Below are positions 1-10,087 of a DNA stretch of 64,000 bases, piece after piece. Position numbers and translations under genes: made by a program. Each line of letters opens with the position of its first letter. Position 1 is the first letter of the stretch. The notes beneath the pieces are model-generated. The model was not told the origin of the DNA. It made no database searches and saw only the letters and a list, made by a program, of their open reading frames with translations. Origin of the DNA: an uncultured virus (IMG/VR IMGVR_UViG_3300008116_000020) (Duplodnaviria > Heunggongvirae > Uroviricota > Caudoviricetes); the IMG/VR virus record IMGVR_UViG_3300008116_000020, positions 1-64,000 of that record. One strand, written 5' to 3'.

Positions 1-33
1 AATAGTTTTATATATATATATATTAAATCAACA

Positions 34-828
34 TTATTGATTTTTCTGCCAATAGTTTTTACCAGGCATTTCTAATTTATTTTTTTTAATACACCAAGTT
101 ACTTGCCTTGCTGTCACATTTAGTTCCTTAGCTATTTTTGGGACTGACATTTTCCAGATTAGTGGTTTTATTAGTTCTAATAATTCACTATCATCTTTGA
201 AATAACCATCTTTTCTTTTCTCTTTTGTTTTAAGAAAAACATTTTTGTAAAAATCCTCCAAATCAGACTTCAAATATTCTTCTCTCTTCTCATCAAAGTT
301 TATAAAACAATATTTACCAAGTAAATATAGAGAAACTTTATCATACATCTCAGCTGCTTCAATTTCACTATTTGTGAATTTAACTTTTGATATTTGATTA
401 TTATCAAATCTACACATCCAAGATTTTTTACTTTCCTTCCAATAAACACCTTTATACTTTGATGATTTTTTATTATTTGGTTTATAACTAGTTCCTAATC
501 TAAAGGTAGATAGATGTTTTTTCAACTCATCATCAACAAATTTATTATCACCACAACCTCTTATATTATAACCATTTGGTCTGTATGTATTATACTTTTC
601 TGCATATTTAACTTCTAATTTGTTTAACTCATCAATATCTTTAACATTATCTTCTAATATTTCAAAATCAAAATTTTCTAACCCGTATTTATCAACCGAG
701 TTTTTAAGAATTATGTTGTGTGTATATTTTAACCAATCACCACCTTTGTATCTTTTATTGAAACTATGAACAGATTGTCCTATATAAGATTTGCAATTTA
801 TTTTATTAAAAATTCTATATATTATCAT
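34..828 (-). CDS. GIY-YIG homing endonuclease with AP2-like DNA-binding domain
   Basis: N-terminal IIYRIFNKINCKSYIGQS (GIY-YIG) and GYN motif; SSKYKGVYWKESKKSW is AP2-like; TAATATATA motif just upstream. Confidence 0.85.
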   Translation of the reverse strand: MIIYRIFNKINCKSYIGQSVHSFNKRYKGGDWLKYTHNIILKNSVDKYGLENFDFEILEDNVKDIDELNKLEVKYAEKYNTYRPNGYNIRGCGDNKFVDDELKKHLSTFRLGTSYKPNNKKSSKYKGVYWKESKKSWMCRFDNNQISKVKFTNSEIEAAEMYDKVSLYLLGKYCFINFDEKREEYLKSDLEDFYKNVFLKTKEKRKDGYFKDDSELLELIKPLIWKMSVPKIAKELNVTARQVTWCIKKNKLEMPGKNYWQKNQ

Positions 829-871
829 AATATATATATTAAAAAAGCTTATTTTTGTAAAAAATATCTAT

Positions 872-1798
872 ATGAATCGAGTAGGTTATTGTTGTATAAA
901 CATTTCTATAAATAATGGTAAGAAGAAAAAAGACTTCATAACCGTAAATAGAGGAATGACTAAGAAAACCTTTGAAACAAAAGGTTTAGAATATGTCACT
1001 GAGTTAGCACTCTTGAATATAGATGATATGTTCAAGATTATAAAATGGAATAAGGAAAATGATATATTAGTTTACAGAATGTCTAGTGATATTCTACCTT
1101 GTATCGGATTCTATAAAATAGAAAATCTACCAAAATTTGATATAATATCAAAAAAGTTAAAAGAAATTGGTGACTATGCTAAAAGTGTAGATATGAGATT
1201 ATCATTCCATCCAACCCACTTTTGTATACCTGCTAGTGAAAATCCAGTTGTAGTTAAAAACGCAATTGATGAATTAGATAAACATGCTCAAATTATGGAT
1301 TTAATGGGTTTAGATCAAACTCACTATTATCCAATTAATATACACGTAAACACAACAAAACCAACCAGAGAAGAGGCAGCTGAAAGATTTTGTACTCAAT
1401 TTTATAATTTAAGCGAGTCTTGTAGAAAGAGATTAGTTGTTGAGAATGATGATGGACCTAACCAATACTCAACCAAAATGTTATATGATCTAATATATAC
1501 TAAAATTGGTATTCCAATAACTCATGACTTTCACCATCATAATTACGGACCACAAGATATTTCTCAAGAAGAGGCGATAAAACTTGCTTGTTCCACATGG
1601 GGTGATGTAAAACCAATGACTCACATTAGTTCACCTAAAATATTAGAAGATGCAGCAGGCAGAGAAACAGCACACGCTGACTATATTTATGAAGAGATTC
1701 AAACGTTTGGTCTTGAATTTGATACAGAGATTGAAGCAAAAGCCAAAGATTTGGCGGTTATCAAGTATAGAAGTCAGTTTCAAGTACTCAAAGGCTAA
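872..1798 (+). CDS. uvsE: UV damage endonuclease UvsE/UVDE
   Basis: RVGYCCIN, YRMSS, RLSFHP, RLVVENDD, DFHHH, AHADY and EAKAKD motifs; start taken at ATG 872 rather than TTG 791. Confidence 0.92.
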   Translation: MNRVGYCCINISINNGKKKKDFITVNRGMTKKTFETKGLEYVTELALLNIDDMFKIIKWNKENDILVYRMSSDILPCIGFYKIENLPKFDIISKKLKEIGDYAKSVDMRLSFHPTHFCIPASENPVVVKNAIDELDKHAQIMDLMGLDQTHYYPINIHVNTTKPTREEAAERFCTQFYNLSESCRKRLVVENDDGPNQYSTKMLYDLIYTKIGIPITHDFHHHNYGPQDISQEEAIKLACSTWGDVKPMTHISSPKILEDAAGRETAHADYIYEEIQTFGLEFDTEIEAKAKDLAVIKYRSQFQVLKG

Positions 1799-2063
1799 GT
1801 TTAAAGTAGGTGATGAAGTTTTAATCAAAACACGTATAAATACCTTTGATGGGTTTTTTAAACATGGAATTATATTAGAAGTTGTTTTATCACCTAAACT
1901 ACGTGGTGATAGTCTTGACGAATGGTATTATAGAGTTGAATATGATCCACTTGAAGGTAGAAGTTCGGAAAATCATAAATACACTGATTACTTTAATGAA
2001 ACCGAATTAGATTACACATTACAAACGAAAAGAGATAATAAACTAAAGGAACTTGGATTATGA
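1650..2063 (+). CDS. hypothetical protein (KFKVGDE SH3/KOW-like), C-terminal RDNKLKELGL tag; start uncertain
   Basis: paralog of 2452..2739 (KFKVGDE..I, YFNE.ELDY); no ATG close to the uvsE stop. Confidence 0.6.
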   Translation: MQQAEKQHTLTIFMKRFKRLVLNLIQRLKQKPKIWRLSSIEVSFKYSKAKFKVGDEVLIKTRINTFDGFFKHGIILEVVLSPKLRGDSLDEWYYRVEYDPLEGRSSENHKYTDYFNETELDYTLQTKRDNKLKELGL

Positions 2064-2455
2064 AAAATTATATACTCATAAAGTTACCTAATACTATTAA
2101 TTGGTATTCAAAAGGAAAGACTATAACAGATTTAATGTATAGCTCAAAACCTCTTATAACTAATCACACAATTGATAGTTTAATCAGATGTGGCTTACAA
2201 AAAAGTTACCAAGATGATTATAGAAAATATGAAGGTCCGTTCAGTGTTATAGTAGATACTCTTAGACTTGATGGTATAAGAATGGATTATTGGTATGACG
2301 ACCTAAAAGATAAAGGATTTGGAGTTATATCCAGAAATGAATTGGTTATAGATAAAAGGAAATTCGAATCAATTCCTAATATATTTAAAGATTGGTTAAA
2401 CCCCATTATTGTAATGGAGACAAGAGATAATAAACTAAGAGAATTGGGAATATGA
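2060..2455 (+). CDS. hypothetical protein with C-terminal RDNKLRELGI tag
   Basis: ORF chained to its neighbours by ATGA overlaps. Confidence 0.65.
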   Translation: MKNYILIKLPNTINWYSKGKTITDLMYSSKPLITNHTIDSLIRCGLQKSYQDDYRKYEGPFSVIVDTLRLDGIRMDYWYDDLKDKGFGVISRNELVIDKRKFESIPNIFKDWLNPIIVMETRDNKLRELGI

Positions 2456-2739
2456 TTTGGACTATATGGATATTAATAAAATCACTCTTTAAAAAGAAGG
2501 AAATAAATAAATCTCCTAAGTTTAAAGTTGGTGATGAATTGAAAATTAATAGCGAATTCTATAAAAATAGAGAAGGTGTTGTTTTGGAAGTTTCTGAACA
2601 TTTTGTTGATATATGGATTTATCAAGTTGAAATTAAAATGGATGATGGTTATAATCATATTCAATACTTTAATGAAAACGAATTAGATTATCCATTATGG
2701 AAGAAAAGAGATGATAGATTAAAAGAGTTAGGAATATGA
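2452..2739 (+). CDS. hypothetical protein (KFKVGDE) with C-terminal RDDRLKELGI tag
   Basis: paralog of 1650..2063; ATGA overlaps. Confidence 0.65.
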   Translation: MIWTIWILIKSLFKKKEINKSPKFKVGDELKINSEFYKNREGVVLEVSEHFVDIWIYQVEIKMDDGYNHIQYFNENELDYPLWKKRDDRLKELGI

Positions 2740-2936
2740 AAGAAAATACGTTAAGAGAAAATATAAAACCTGGTTTAAGAGTTTTAATAGTTTTAAAGAA
2801 GGATCAGAAAAGTGGAATACTAACAGAAGGTATTGTTAAAGATTTACTAACTAAAGTGCCTAAGCATCACAGAGGTATAAAAGTTAGATTAGAAGATGGC
2901 CAAATAGGAAGAGTGCAAGAAATTTTAGATATATAA
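2736..2936 (+). CDS. YwbE/DUF2196 family protein
   Basis: IVLKKDQKSGILTEGIVKDLLT..HHRGIKVRLEDGQIGRVQEI. Confidence 0.85.
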   Translation: MKENTLRENIKPGLRVLIVLKKDQKSGILTEGIVKDLLTKVPKHHRGIKVRLEDGQIGRVQEILDI

Positions 2937-2940
2937 GTCT

Positions 2941-3621
2941 ATGAGAAAAAGTAAATTAGAAAAAATTGTATGGTTCATAGTTATGAACTTTTTAATCATG
3001 TCAAGTGTTTTATCACAAAATGTGGTTAGTAAAAATGGTTTAGTGATTGACCACGGCGACGTTAAACTTTATTTAGATGATGATACAACATCAATGGTAT
3101 CAATACACAAACTAAAATATGAAAACTTTTTAAAACTAGGTAGTGTTGCTAGAGGAAACAACTGGTATGATGATACTTACAAAGGTAAATACTTACCAGT
3201 TAAATATAAGAAAAGTGGATTTGATAAAGGACACTTAACACCTTCACACATAACTACATATGATAGTATTACAAATAGAAATACTTTCAGTATGTTTAAC
3301 GCAGCTCCTCAATATCCGTATTTTAATGAACATCCTTGGCAAGAATTAGAAGCTGATGTAGAAGATAGTATTAAGAAATATAAATCAGATGTTATTATAA
3401 TTACTGGTGTTATTTATAATGAGAATAAGAAAAATTATATACCAAAATCACGAATTAAAATACCAACACATTATTTTAAAATAGTTACAATTGGATCAAA
3501 GACTTGGGTTTGGTTAGGAGTTAATGCTGATGGTAAGAAAGATTGTATAGTTACAGTAACAACACTTGAAGATTTAAACAACCGATTTAAAGTCAATGGT
3601 ATGAAAGTTAGAATTAAATAA
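2941..3621 (+). CDS. DNA/RNA non-specific endonuclease (NucA-like) with N-terminal signal/TM segment
   Basis: SGFDKGHL, TFSMFNAAPQ, FN..W..LE and IPTHYFK motifs; hydrophobic N-terminus. Confidence 0.85.
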   Translation: MRKSKLEKIVWFIVMNFLIMSSVLSQNVVSKNGLVIDHGDVKLYLDDDTTSMVSIHKLKYENFLKLGSVARGNNWYDDTYKGKYLPVKYKKSGFDKGHLTPSHITTYDSITNRNTFSMFNAAPQYPYFNEHPWQELEADVEDSIKKYKSDVIIITGVIYNENKKNYIPKSRIKIPTHYFKIVTIGSKTWVWLGVNADGKKDCIVTVTTLEDLNNRFKVNGMKVRIK

Positions 3622-3624
3622 ATT

Positions 3625-3653
3625 AAATCCTGTTTTTATAACAGGATTTTTTT
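3625..3653 (+). terminator. intrinsic terminator
   Basis: AAATCCTGTT-loop-AACAGGATTT followed by a T run. Confidence 0.7.
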
Positions 3654-3664
3654 ATCTTTGTACT

Positions 3665-3982
3665 ATGAAAGAAAAAATATTTAAACTGGCTAAAATAGAA
3701 GCCGAATGGATGAGGTACTACGGTCATATCGACTCTAGAATTAGTGAAACTTTTGAAGATATAAACTTTTATGAGAGAATGTTACCAATTGGTTATTCTA
3801 AAGTTTATACACCATTAGTTAATAAATGTCCGATGGGTTATGTCAATAGCTTAGATCTTGAAAAGGTTGAAGTTGTTTATGGTCCGAGAAATCATGAGAA
3901 AGGAGTTTACACACCACTAGAATATGTTATCTACAACAAAGTTGATGGGTATTTAGATTTAATCAAACTGATAAAAGGCTAG
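3665..3982 (+). CDS. hypothetical protein
   Basis: ORF preceded by a TATCTTTG -7 element; ends in TAG. Confidence 0.6.
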   Translation: MKEKIFKLAKIEAEWMRYYGHIDSRISETFEDINFYERMLPIGYSKVYTPLVNKCPMGYVNSLDLEKVEVVYGPRNHEKGVYTPLEYVIYNKVDGYLDLIKLIKG

Positions 3983-4434
3983 TTTGAAATTACTTCAATA
4001 CCCAATTTTAATTTACTCAAATATTCCATATTATAATCTTCTATATAATAATTTGGATACTCATCTTTAATATTATCTGATGCACCTATTATAGTATTTA
4101 CCAAACTCTTTAATTCATCACACCAATTGGAAATTTCACTATTGGAATCTGGGATACTTTCAATGTATTTTTCTATTTTTATACCTATTATTTCTTTTTC
4201 GTAATCACCATTTTCTGATCTAAAATATTTTTCTATTTCGGAATGCAATAGAAAATCACTCTCAAGCCATCTATCATATTTTTTATATTGATATTTATAA
4301 TAAACTTTAGAATTATCAATTTCTATTAAGTCAATTAGACAATTCGTAACATATTCCAAGTCAAGTTCTTCTTTCTTCTTACCACCAATAGAGATAGCTT
4401 CGTTATACTTTTTATAATTCTTAATATTTTTCAT
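3979..4434 (-). CDS. putative head-targeted protein (N-terminal MKNIKNYKKYNEA)
   Basis: N-terminal motif; TAATATATA upstream; similar to 60415..60810. Confidence 0.6.
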   Translation of the reverse strand: MKNIKNYKKYNEAISIGGKKKEELDLEYVTNCLIDLIEIDNSKVYYKYQYKKYDRWLESDFLLHSEIEKYFRSENGDYEKEIIGIKIEKYIESIPDSNSEISNWCDELKSLVNTIIGASDNIKDEYPNYYIEDYNMEYLSKLKLGIEVISN

Positions 4435-4465
4435 AAAGTATATATTAAAATATACATTACAAAAA

Positions 4466-5215
4466 TCATCTTGATACCCATTTATAAGTTTTACCTTTAA
4501 TTATATCAGAAACACAACTTTTTGATATACCATATTTATTACTAAGTTTATCATAAGATAATTTGTTATTATTATAATCAAATATTAAATTTAATACTTC
4601 ATCTTCTCTCAACTTTGAATTTCTTTTCGAATTTTCAATACTATAAATTTCTAGCATTTTAGAATATGGTTCAATATTATCATAATTACCATCTTTATAT
4701 TTCCATAAGAATCCCGTGTGATGTATAACACCCTTCTCGATACCAGTCAATTTAATATTGTTCTGCCTTTCTGCTTCTGACTTACTTGGATACTCCTCTA
4801 TAAAAATACCATTTAAATCATATTTCAATGTTACATAACTCATACTGATTAATTGAGATTTTGGCATTTTCTTACCTTTATTCGATTTGGAGATTTTTTC
4901 TTTAGTTTCATCAGAAATTTTTCTACATTCTTTGGAAAATCCACCATATCCACCATCAGTTAAATTATAATAATCATCACTATCAACCGCATTTTTTTCT
5001 GATATTAAATATCTTTCATATTCTCTAGCGTCATTTTCATTATCAAATACTTTTATAATATTTTTCTCAAAATTCTCCCTACCATATTTCTTTATAGCTC
5101 TAACTAATAGTTTTCCTGATCCTAAATATTTTTTAGACTTCTTCTCATTTTTGGTTACACAAACCCCAATGTATTTTTTACCATTAATCAAATTTTTTGT
5201 TTCATATACATACAT
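4466..5215 (-). CDS. Seg-like GIY-YIG homing endonuclease with NUMOD domains
   Basis: MYVYETKNLINGKKYIG, YLGSG, YNLTDGG and SDETKEKISKSNKGK motifs. Confidence 0.9.
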   Translation of the reverse strand: MYVYETKNLINGKKYIGVCVTKNEKKSKKYLGSGKLLVRAIKKYGRENFEKNIIKVFDNENDAREYERYLISEKNAVDSDDYYNLTDGGYGGFSKECRKISDETKEKISKSNKGKKMPKSQLISMSYVTLKYDLNGIFIEEYPSKSEAERQNNIKLTGIEKGVIHHTGFLWKYKDGNYDNIEPYSKMLEIYSIENSKRNSKLREDEVLNLIFDYNNNKLSYDKLSNKYGISKSCVSDIIKGKTYKWVSR

Positions 5216-5219
5216 AATT

Positions 5220-5255
5220 GACTTTAAATTTTAATATATATTAAAATTTAAAGTC
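5220..5255. promoter_or_regulatory. perfect 36-bp palindrome containing the late-promoter motif, upstream of the GIY-YIG gene
   Basis: GACTTTAAATTTTAATATATATTAAAATTTAAAGTC is self-complementary. Confidence 0.75.
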
Positions 5256-5260
5256 TTCCA

Positions 5261-5659
5261 TTATCTACGCACCGAACTAAATCTATCCTTTATTATTTCT
5301 GATATTGGAACAGGTCCTCCCTCATCATCAATTTGAACAAAAACCATTTTTGTGGAACAAACTAACTTCTCTTGAGATGTTTGAACATTATACTTTCTAG
5401 CTTCTAGATTTATAGTAATTGATGTGTTACCTATACTATTTACAGATCCATATATTTTAATCAAGTTTCCAACTTTTACAGGATTTTGAAAAACAACCTC
5501 TTCAACTTTTTTAGTTACAATATTTGTTGTTTCACACACTTGATAAGCAAATGCTGCTCCAGCTTCATCTAGAAAAGACATCATATTACCACCAAATAAA
5601 TTATTATTTACTCCTAAATCCAGAGTCATACATATCTTAGTTGTTATTAATTCCATCAT
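5261..5659 (-). CDS. acyl-CoA thioesterase (hotdog fold, YciA-like)
   Basis: NNNLFGGNMMSFLDEAG, F..PVKVG and GNTSI motifs. Confidence 0.85.
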   Translation of the reverse strand: MMELITTKICMTLDLGVNNNLFGGNMMSFLDEAGAAFAYQVCETTNIVTKKVEEVVFQNPVKVGNLIKIYGSVNSIGNTSITINLEARKYNVQTSQEKLVCSTKMVFVQIDDEGGPVPISEIIKDRFSSVRR

Positions 5660-5898
5660 AATCCTAAATCATTTAGTTTTTCATCTCTTATCATCATCTT
5701 CAATTCCTCAAACATTCTTACCACACCAGGTCCAAAGTCTTTTAAATCAGTCATACTCAATCTATAAATATATTTATTCCCGGTTTTTTTGTGTATGAAT
5801 TCGTATACCGGCCTCATAGTATATTTATCAATAATCATTTCACTATCATAGTAATGACTCAATTTTTCTAATTCTTGAGATAAATCTTTCATAACCAA
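5656..5898 (-). CDS. hypothetical protein with C-terminal RDEKLNDLGL tag
   Basis: ORF with the shared tag. Confidence 0.55.
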   Translation of the reverse strand: MVMKDLSQELEKLSHYYDSEMIIDKYTMRPVYEFIHKKTGNKYIYRLSMTDLKDFGPGVVRMFEELKMMIRDEKLNDLGL

Positions 5899-6341
5899 TC
5901 ATATTTTACTATTTCTACTCCAGCATCTCTTAAAAACTCTAAACCGGTTATATCTTTATAATCTTCAACATAAACTAATCTTTTAATTCCGGATTGTAAA
6001 ATTAGTTTAGAGCAATCACGACAAGGAGAATGTGTTTGATAAAGAGTTCCACCATCACAAGAATGACCGTGTCTAGCACACTTTAGAATAGCATTAGCTT
6101 CACCGTGAATAACATCCCACTTAGTTTCTCCGTTATCCATTTCACATGCGTTATCTTGACCAGCAGCAGTTCCGTTATAACCATCAGAGATAATCATACC
6201 ATTCTTAACTATAAGAGCACCAACTTGCTTTCTAGTACAGTGTGAAAGTTTAGCCCATTCACGAGCCATATTTAAATAAGTTCTGTCGTATCTTTCTTGT
6301 TTTTTCAAGTCATACACTACTTTATCAAATTGGTTTGCCAT
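5889..6341 (-). CDS. dCMP deaminase
   Basis: SHCTRKQVGALIV, GYNG, HGEANA and SPCRDC zinc motifs. Confidence 0.92.
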   Translation of the reverse strand: MANQFDKVVYDLKKQERYDRTYLNMAREWAKLSHCTRKQVGALIVKNGMIISDGYNGTAAGQDNACEMDNGETKWDVIHGEANAILKCARHGHSCDGGTLYQTHSPCRDCSKLILQSGIKRLVYVEDYKDITGLEFLRDAGVEIVKYDWL

Positions 6342-6480
6342 ATATTCTTTTAATTTTAGATTTTCTAATATCAGTTTTTGAAATTTTCAAAATTTTATCC
6401 ATTATATAATCAGTGTCGAAATAACCAGTTGTCATTGTGTCTTTCAATATGTCTTTCAATATGTCATATTTATTTACCAT
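6325..6480 (-). CDS. small hypothetical protein (51 aa, not in ORF track), ends RKSKIKRIYGKPI
   Basis: manual translation MVNKYDILKDILKDTMTTG...; C-terminus resembles that of the neighbour 6470..6652. Confidence 0.45.
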   Translation of the reverse strand: MVNKYDILKDILKDTMTTGYFDTDYIMDKILKISKTDIRKSKIKRIYGKPI

Positions 6481-6620
6481 AAATCTTTTTTATTTTTTCT
6501 CTACGGTTTTTTACCAAGACATAATTTTCATAAATGTCCATTACTTCTTGATTGACAACTATATAGTTACCAGATGATTTTGACTTCTTTGATATCTCTT
6601 CAGAAGCTTTTAATATCTTA

Positions 6621-7028
6621 TCATAAATCGAAGATTGATAGTTCATCACCAAGTAAATTATCTAATTTTTCATTTCTTTCTCTTTCGAGTATAGTCTGAA
6701 TTAGTTTCAATTCAATGTGTGTTATATCAAAATATCCAGGTTCACCGGTTTCATAGTCACCTCTATACAATTTCATAATAACTTTGAATTCATATTCGCC
6801 ATCAGTGCTAACACCATCTTCTTCATCAAATGCGTAATCCTCTAAACATTCTATGATATCTTCATCAGAACCTCTTCCAATAATTCTATAATATGAATCT
6901 TTATTTAGATTTTTGAAAGTATATCCAGTTTCACTGATAACTATATCACACCAACCTATAATAACAACGACACTCTCTTCTAATTCGAGAATGTCGTACA
7001 TTATTTCTTTCCAATCATTATCTATCAT
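6621..7028 (-). CDS. acidic hypothetical protein with RNEKLDNLLG tag
   Basis: ORF with the shared tag. Confidence 0.55.
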   Translation of the reverse strand: MIDNDWKEIMYDILELEESVVVIIGWCDIVISETGYTFKNLNKDSYYRIIGRGSDEDIIECLEDYAFDEEDGVSTDGEYEFKVIMKLYRGDYETGEPGYFDITHIELKLIQTILERERNEKLDNLLGDELSIFDL

Positions 7029-7627
7029 TGGTTATCTTTAAGTTCTTGAATTCTATCTCTTAATTCAGCAGCGATTTCATACTCTTCATTTTCAAGAGCT
7101 TTTTCCATCATCTTTTCTAAATCTTCGATTGAAACAATTCTTTTTCTTGGTTTAGCATCTTTTATTTCTATATGAAGATCATCATCATCATCATCATTTT
7201 CAATTTCAGTTCCATCATCATTGATATTAATACCAGCACTTGATAAAACATCTTCTGAAATCATAATTGGGCAACTATAAATCAAAGATAATGTAATAGC
7301 ATCTCCAATATTACATTCAATTTCGATATCTTCAACACCGTTGTTTGTTACTATTTTACAATAGAAAACACCTTCTACAATTGTTTGTATGAATACTTCT
7401 TGAACGTCAATACTAAAAGAGTCTGTTAAAGATTTAAAAAGATCATGTGTCAAAGGTCTCGGTGACTTAATCTTTTCAAGTTTCAAAGCAATTTGTTGAG
7501 CATCAGTTGCTTTAACAACAACTGGAATCTTTCTATTACCTTTTACTTCTGATAGTACGACTATATAAGATCCTGCTTGAGTTTGACTATAAGATAAACC
7601 TAATACTTTTAATTTTTTCCTTTTCAT
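7025..7627 (-). CDS. bifunctional nuclease (DUF151/BFN) with C-terminal UVR domain
   Basis: PRPLTHDLF motif; C-terminal ALENEEYEIAAELRDRI. Confidence 0.88.
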   Translation of the reverse strand: MKRKKLKVLGLSYSQTQAGSYIVVLSEVKGNRKIPVVVKATDAQQIALKLEKIKSPRPLTHDLFKSLTDSFSIDVQEVFIQTIVEGVFYCKIVTNNGVEDIEIECNIGDAITLSLIYSCPIMISEDVLSSAGININDDGTEIENDDDDDDLHIEIKDAKPRKRIVSIEDLEKMMEKALENEEYEIAAELRDRIQELKDNQ

Positions 7628-7837
7628 AGTTATTATATTTATTTTAACTCAAAGGTTTGATTTCATATTCCATAAAACCATCACCACCATCTAACTCAAC
7701 AATTTCCAATCCGTATGATTTTAGTTGTGATGCTATTCTATCAACAACATCATTTGGTTGATCATCATACCAAATCTTAAATTTAACTTCTTCTTTCATC
7801 ATCTTTATTTTTACAATTATCTCCCCTGTGGATAAAA

Positions 7838-8476
7838 TCAAGTATTCTTTAAAAGTAGGTCGGCCGCTGATGTACTGGCGAAACCAAGCGGTTTAGCCCA
7901 AGTTCTAAAAGCCATACCTCTTAACCAAGGTGAGTAACTCTTATCAGCTGAGTTTGATTTGTTTTTACCAGATACACCTTCAAATGGATTAAAGTCGATA
8001 TGTAAGTCAACTAATTTCCATTCCATTTCATCACTAGGAAGAAGTGTTAAGTTTTTGATTACACCTTCTTCTTGGTGTGATGGTACATGAGAGTATTCAC
8101 CGTTACATTTTAAAAGGTGGTATTTATATCTTTTTTTCTCAAAGTCAGTTAAATCTTGTCTCACATAGAATTTAGATAACTCTTCTTGTAAATACATACC
8201 AACATCATGTAAGTATTGAGCCTCTTTGAAAAGTCTCTCGTTGTTATCTCTAATTTTTGTTTGAGATTCTCTGAAGAAAACTACGTGTGCTCCTCTACGA
8301 ATATCAGTATTATACATCATAATAGTAACGGCATAAACTGTTCTACGTCTCATTTGTACAGAGTCACACCCAACTGATATAGTTGCGGTTGGATCTTTCT
8401 CCAAGTAGTTTTTCAAATATTCTATTATATCAGGTATGTGTTCACCACCAAACCTTTTAAATCTATCTTTATACAT
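7838..8476 (-). CDS. RNase H-like YkuK/DUF458 family protein
   Basis: ISVGCDS, RLFKEA, HIDFN and KP..FASTSAAD motifs. Confidence 0.75.
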   Translation of the reverse strand: MYKDRFKRFGGEHIPDIIEYLKNYLEKDPTATISVGCDSVQMRRRTVYAVTIMMYNTDIRRGAHVVFFRESQTKIRDNNERLFKEAQYLHDVGMYLQEELSKFYVRQDLTDFEKKRYKYHLLKCNGEYSHVPSHQEEGVIKNLTLLPSDEMEWKLVDLHIDFNPFEGVSGKNKSNSADKSYSPWLRGMAFRTWAKPLGFASTSAADLLLKNT

Positions 8477-8492
8477 CTCATTTTATAATTTT

Positions 8493-8523
8493 AAAAAAGG
8501 GGTATCAATTAAGATACCCCTTT
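8493..8523 (-). terminator. intrinsic terminator after the AAA ATPase gene
   Basis: AAAGGGGTATC-loop-GATACCCCTTT with an A6 tract on +. Confidence 0.7.
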
Positions 8524-8528
8524 GAAAA

Positions 8529-9689
8529 TTACTTACCCTCACCAGGTTTGTTGATTTTCTTGATTTTTCTTAACAATTCTTCGAATTGTAATAAGAAACC
8601 TTTCATCTTCTTGTTGTTGATGTCAGCCACGTTATCTAAAATCCATAACAAGTAAGCTGTTTTTTCATCATCTCCAACTCGTCCTAAGAACTTAACGATG
8701 TTACCCAATTGTTTCTCATTAAGTGTTGAGATATCAATTGCTTTTAAAGAGTGGATCAACTCAGAGTTTTTATCTCTGTTGTATTTTTCCAAATCTTTCT
8801 TAATACCATCGTAGTTGTTGATTACATCTTGAATAGAGATATTCAACATATCTTCACAGTATTGGATGAACTTCATTGCTGAGTTACCAACGTAAGAGTG
8901 AGCTACTCTTTTTAAACTTGGTAAGAAGTCTCTTGGTGAAGCGTTTTTACCAAAGTTTCTTGTGATGAAACGTGATAACATTGTCCAAGAACGTGGTGTA
9001 GCGTATCCTTTAACGTTATCAGAAACTTTGTAGATTTGCTCTGGGTGAGTTTCGATATAAGAAACAATCAAGTTGTGACAGTTCTCTTTTGCGAAATCTT
9101 CAATCCATTCGTTTACCCCTAAAGAGTGGTCTACGTGGATCAAACGGTTGTTCAAAGCCGCGTCAAACTCTTCTACGTCAGTACCATCTTCGTCACCTAA
9201 GTTACCAGATGCCATCATCAGTACGTTATCGTTGAATTTGAAATCACCAATTTCACGTTCAAGTAAGATTTGTAAAGCCGCGTTTCTTACGAATTGTGGA
9301 GCTCTGTTCAACTCTTCAAAGTGAATGATAGTTGGTTGTTGATTTGACTCGAAAGCCCATTTAGGAACTGCGTATCCAGATACTTTGTACATTTTACCAT
9401 CGTACTCTAAATCCTCAAGGTAAGGGTACTTAAAGTCAGATTCATCAGACATTGATAAACGCATATCAAGGTATCTAAATCCTAACTTCTGTGCGATTGA
9501 TAAACCAATTGCTGATTTAGCGACACCTGGTTTTGATGTAATGAAAAGTACACCATATTTCGGCCACATAATCGACAAATACTCTCTTTCTTTTTGTGTT
9601 AACAAATGTAATTTGTCTAACATCCATTGTGGCATCATACCTGGTTCTACTGTGTTGACTACATCAACTGTTAAATTATCCATACTCAT
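8529..9689 (-). CDS. MoxR-like AAA+ ATPase
   Basis: Walker A variant SKPGVAKS, Walker B variant IIHFEELNRA, ASGN sensor, DAALNNRL arginine finger, ATPRSW. Confidence 0.85.
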   Translation of the reverse strand: MSMDNLTVDVVNTVEPGMMPQWMLDKLHLLTQKEREYLSIMWPKYGVLFITSKPGVAKSAIGLSIAQKLGFRYLDMRLSMSDESDFKYPYLEDLEYDGKMYKVSGYAVPKWAFESNQQPTIIHFEELNRAPQFVRNAALQILLEREIGDFKFNDNVLMMASGNLGDEDGTDVEEFDAALNNRLIHVDHSLGVNEWIEDFAKENCHNLIVSYIETHPEQIYKVSDNVKGYATPRSWTMLSRFITRNFGKNASPRDFLPSLKRVAHSYVGNSAMKFIQYCEDMLNISIQDVINNYDGIKKDLEKYNRDKNSELIHSLKAIDISTLNEKQLGNIVKFLGRVGDDEKTAYLLWILDNVADINNKKMKGFLLQFEELLRKIKKINKPGEGK

Positions 9690-9916
9690 TTTTTAAAATT
9701 GATTTTTTAATTTATAACTTTTATTTATTTAAACATTTTTCTGATTTGTTTACCAAGATCTTGGTCATTAGTAAAACTTTTACAGACATCAATATCTCTG
9801 TAAAGAGATCTTACTTTACTACCCAATTCCATATCATTGGAATATGAACGTCTTAGTTTTTTAATAACTTCAACATCATCAATTGAGAAAATTTCTACCA
9901 TAGTTTTATTTTTTAG

Positions 9917-9989
9917 TAGCGGAGGATGGATTCGAACCACCGACCTCAAGGTTATGAGCCTTGCGAGCTGACCACTGCTCTACTCCGCG
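9917..9989 (-). tRNA. tRNA-fMet (CAT), no encoded CCA
   Basis: CGCGGAG...CAAGG CTCATAA CCTTG...CTCCGCTA; unpaired 1:72 position typical of initiator tRNA. Confidence 0.9.
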
Positions 9990-9997
9990 ATATTTAG

Positions 9998-10070
9998 TAG
10001 CCCTATGTGGATTCGAACCACAGTCTCTTAGTCGAAAAACTAAGTATCCTATCCGCTAGACGATAGAGCC
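9998..10070 (-). tRNA. atypical tRNA-like gene A (Glu-like body, 8-nt anticodon loop TTTTTCGA)
   Basis: GGCTCTA TC GTCT AGCGGATA GGAT A CTTAG TTTTTCGA CTAAG AGAC TGTGG TTCGAAT CCACA TAGGGCT A. Confidence 0.8.
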
Positions 10071-10087
10071 ATATTTGAGTGTTTTAA

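Noticed and set aside
9725..9949. Full-length ORF starting inside tRNA-fMet
   Set aside because: The 5' part overlaps the tRNA; the real start is more likely the internal Met (MVEIFS)
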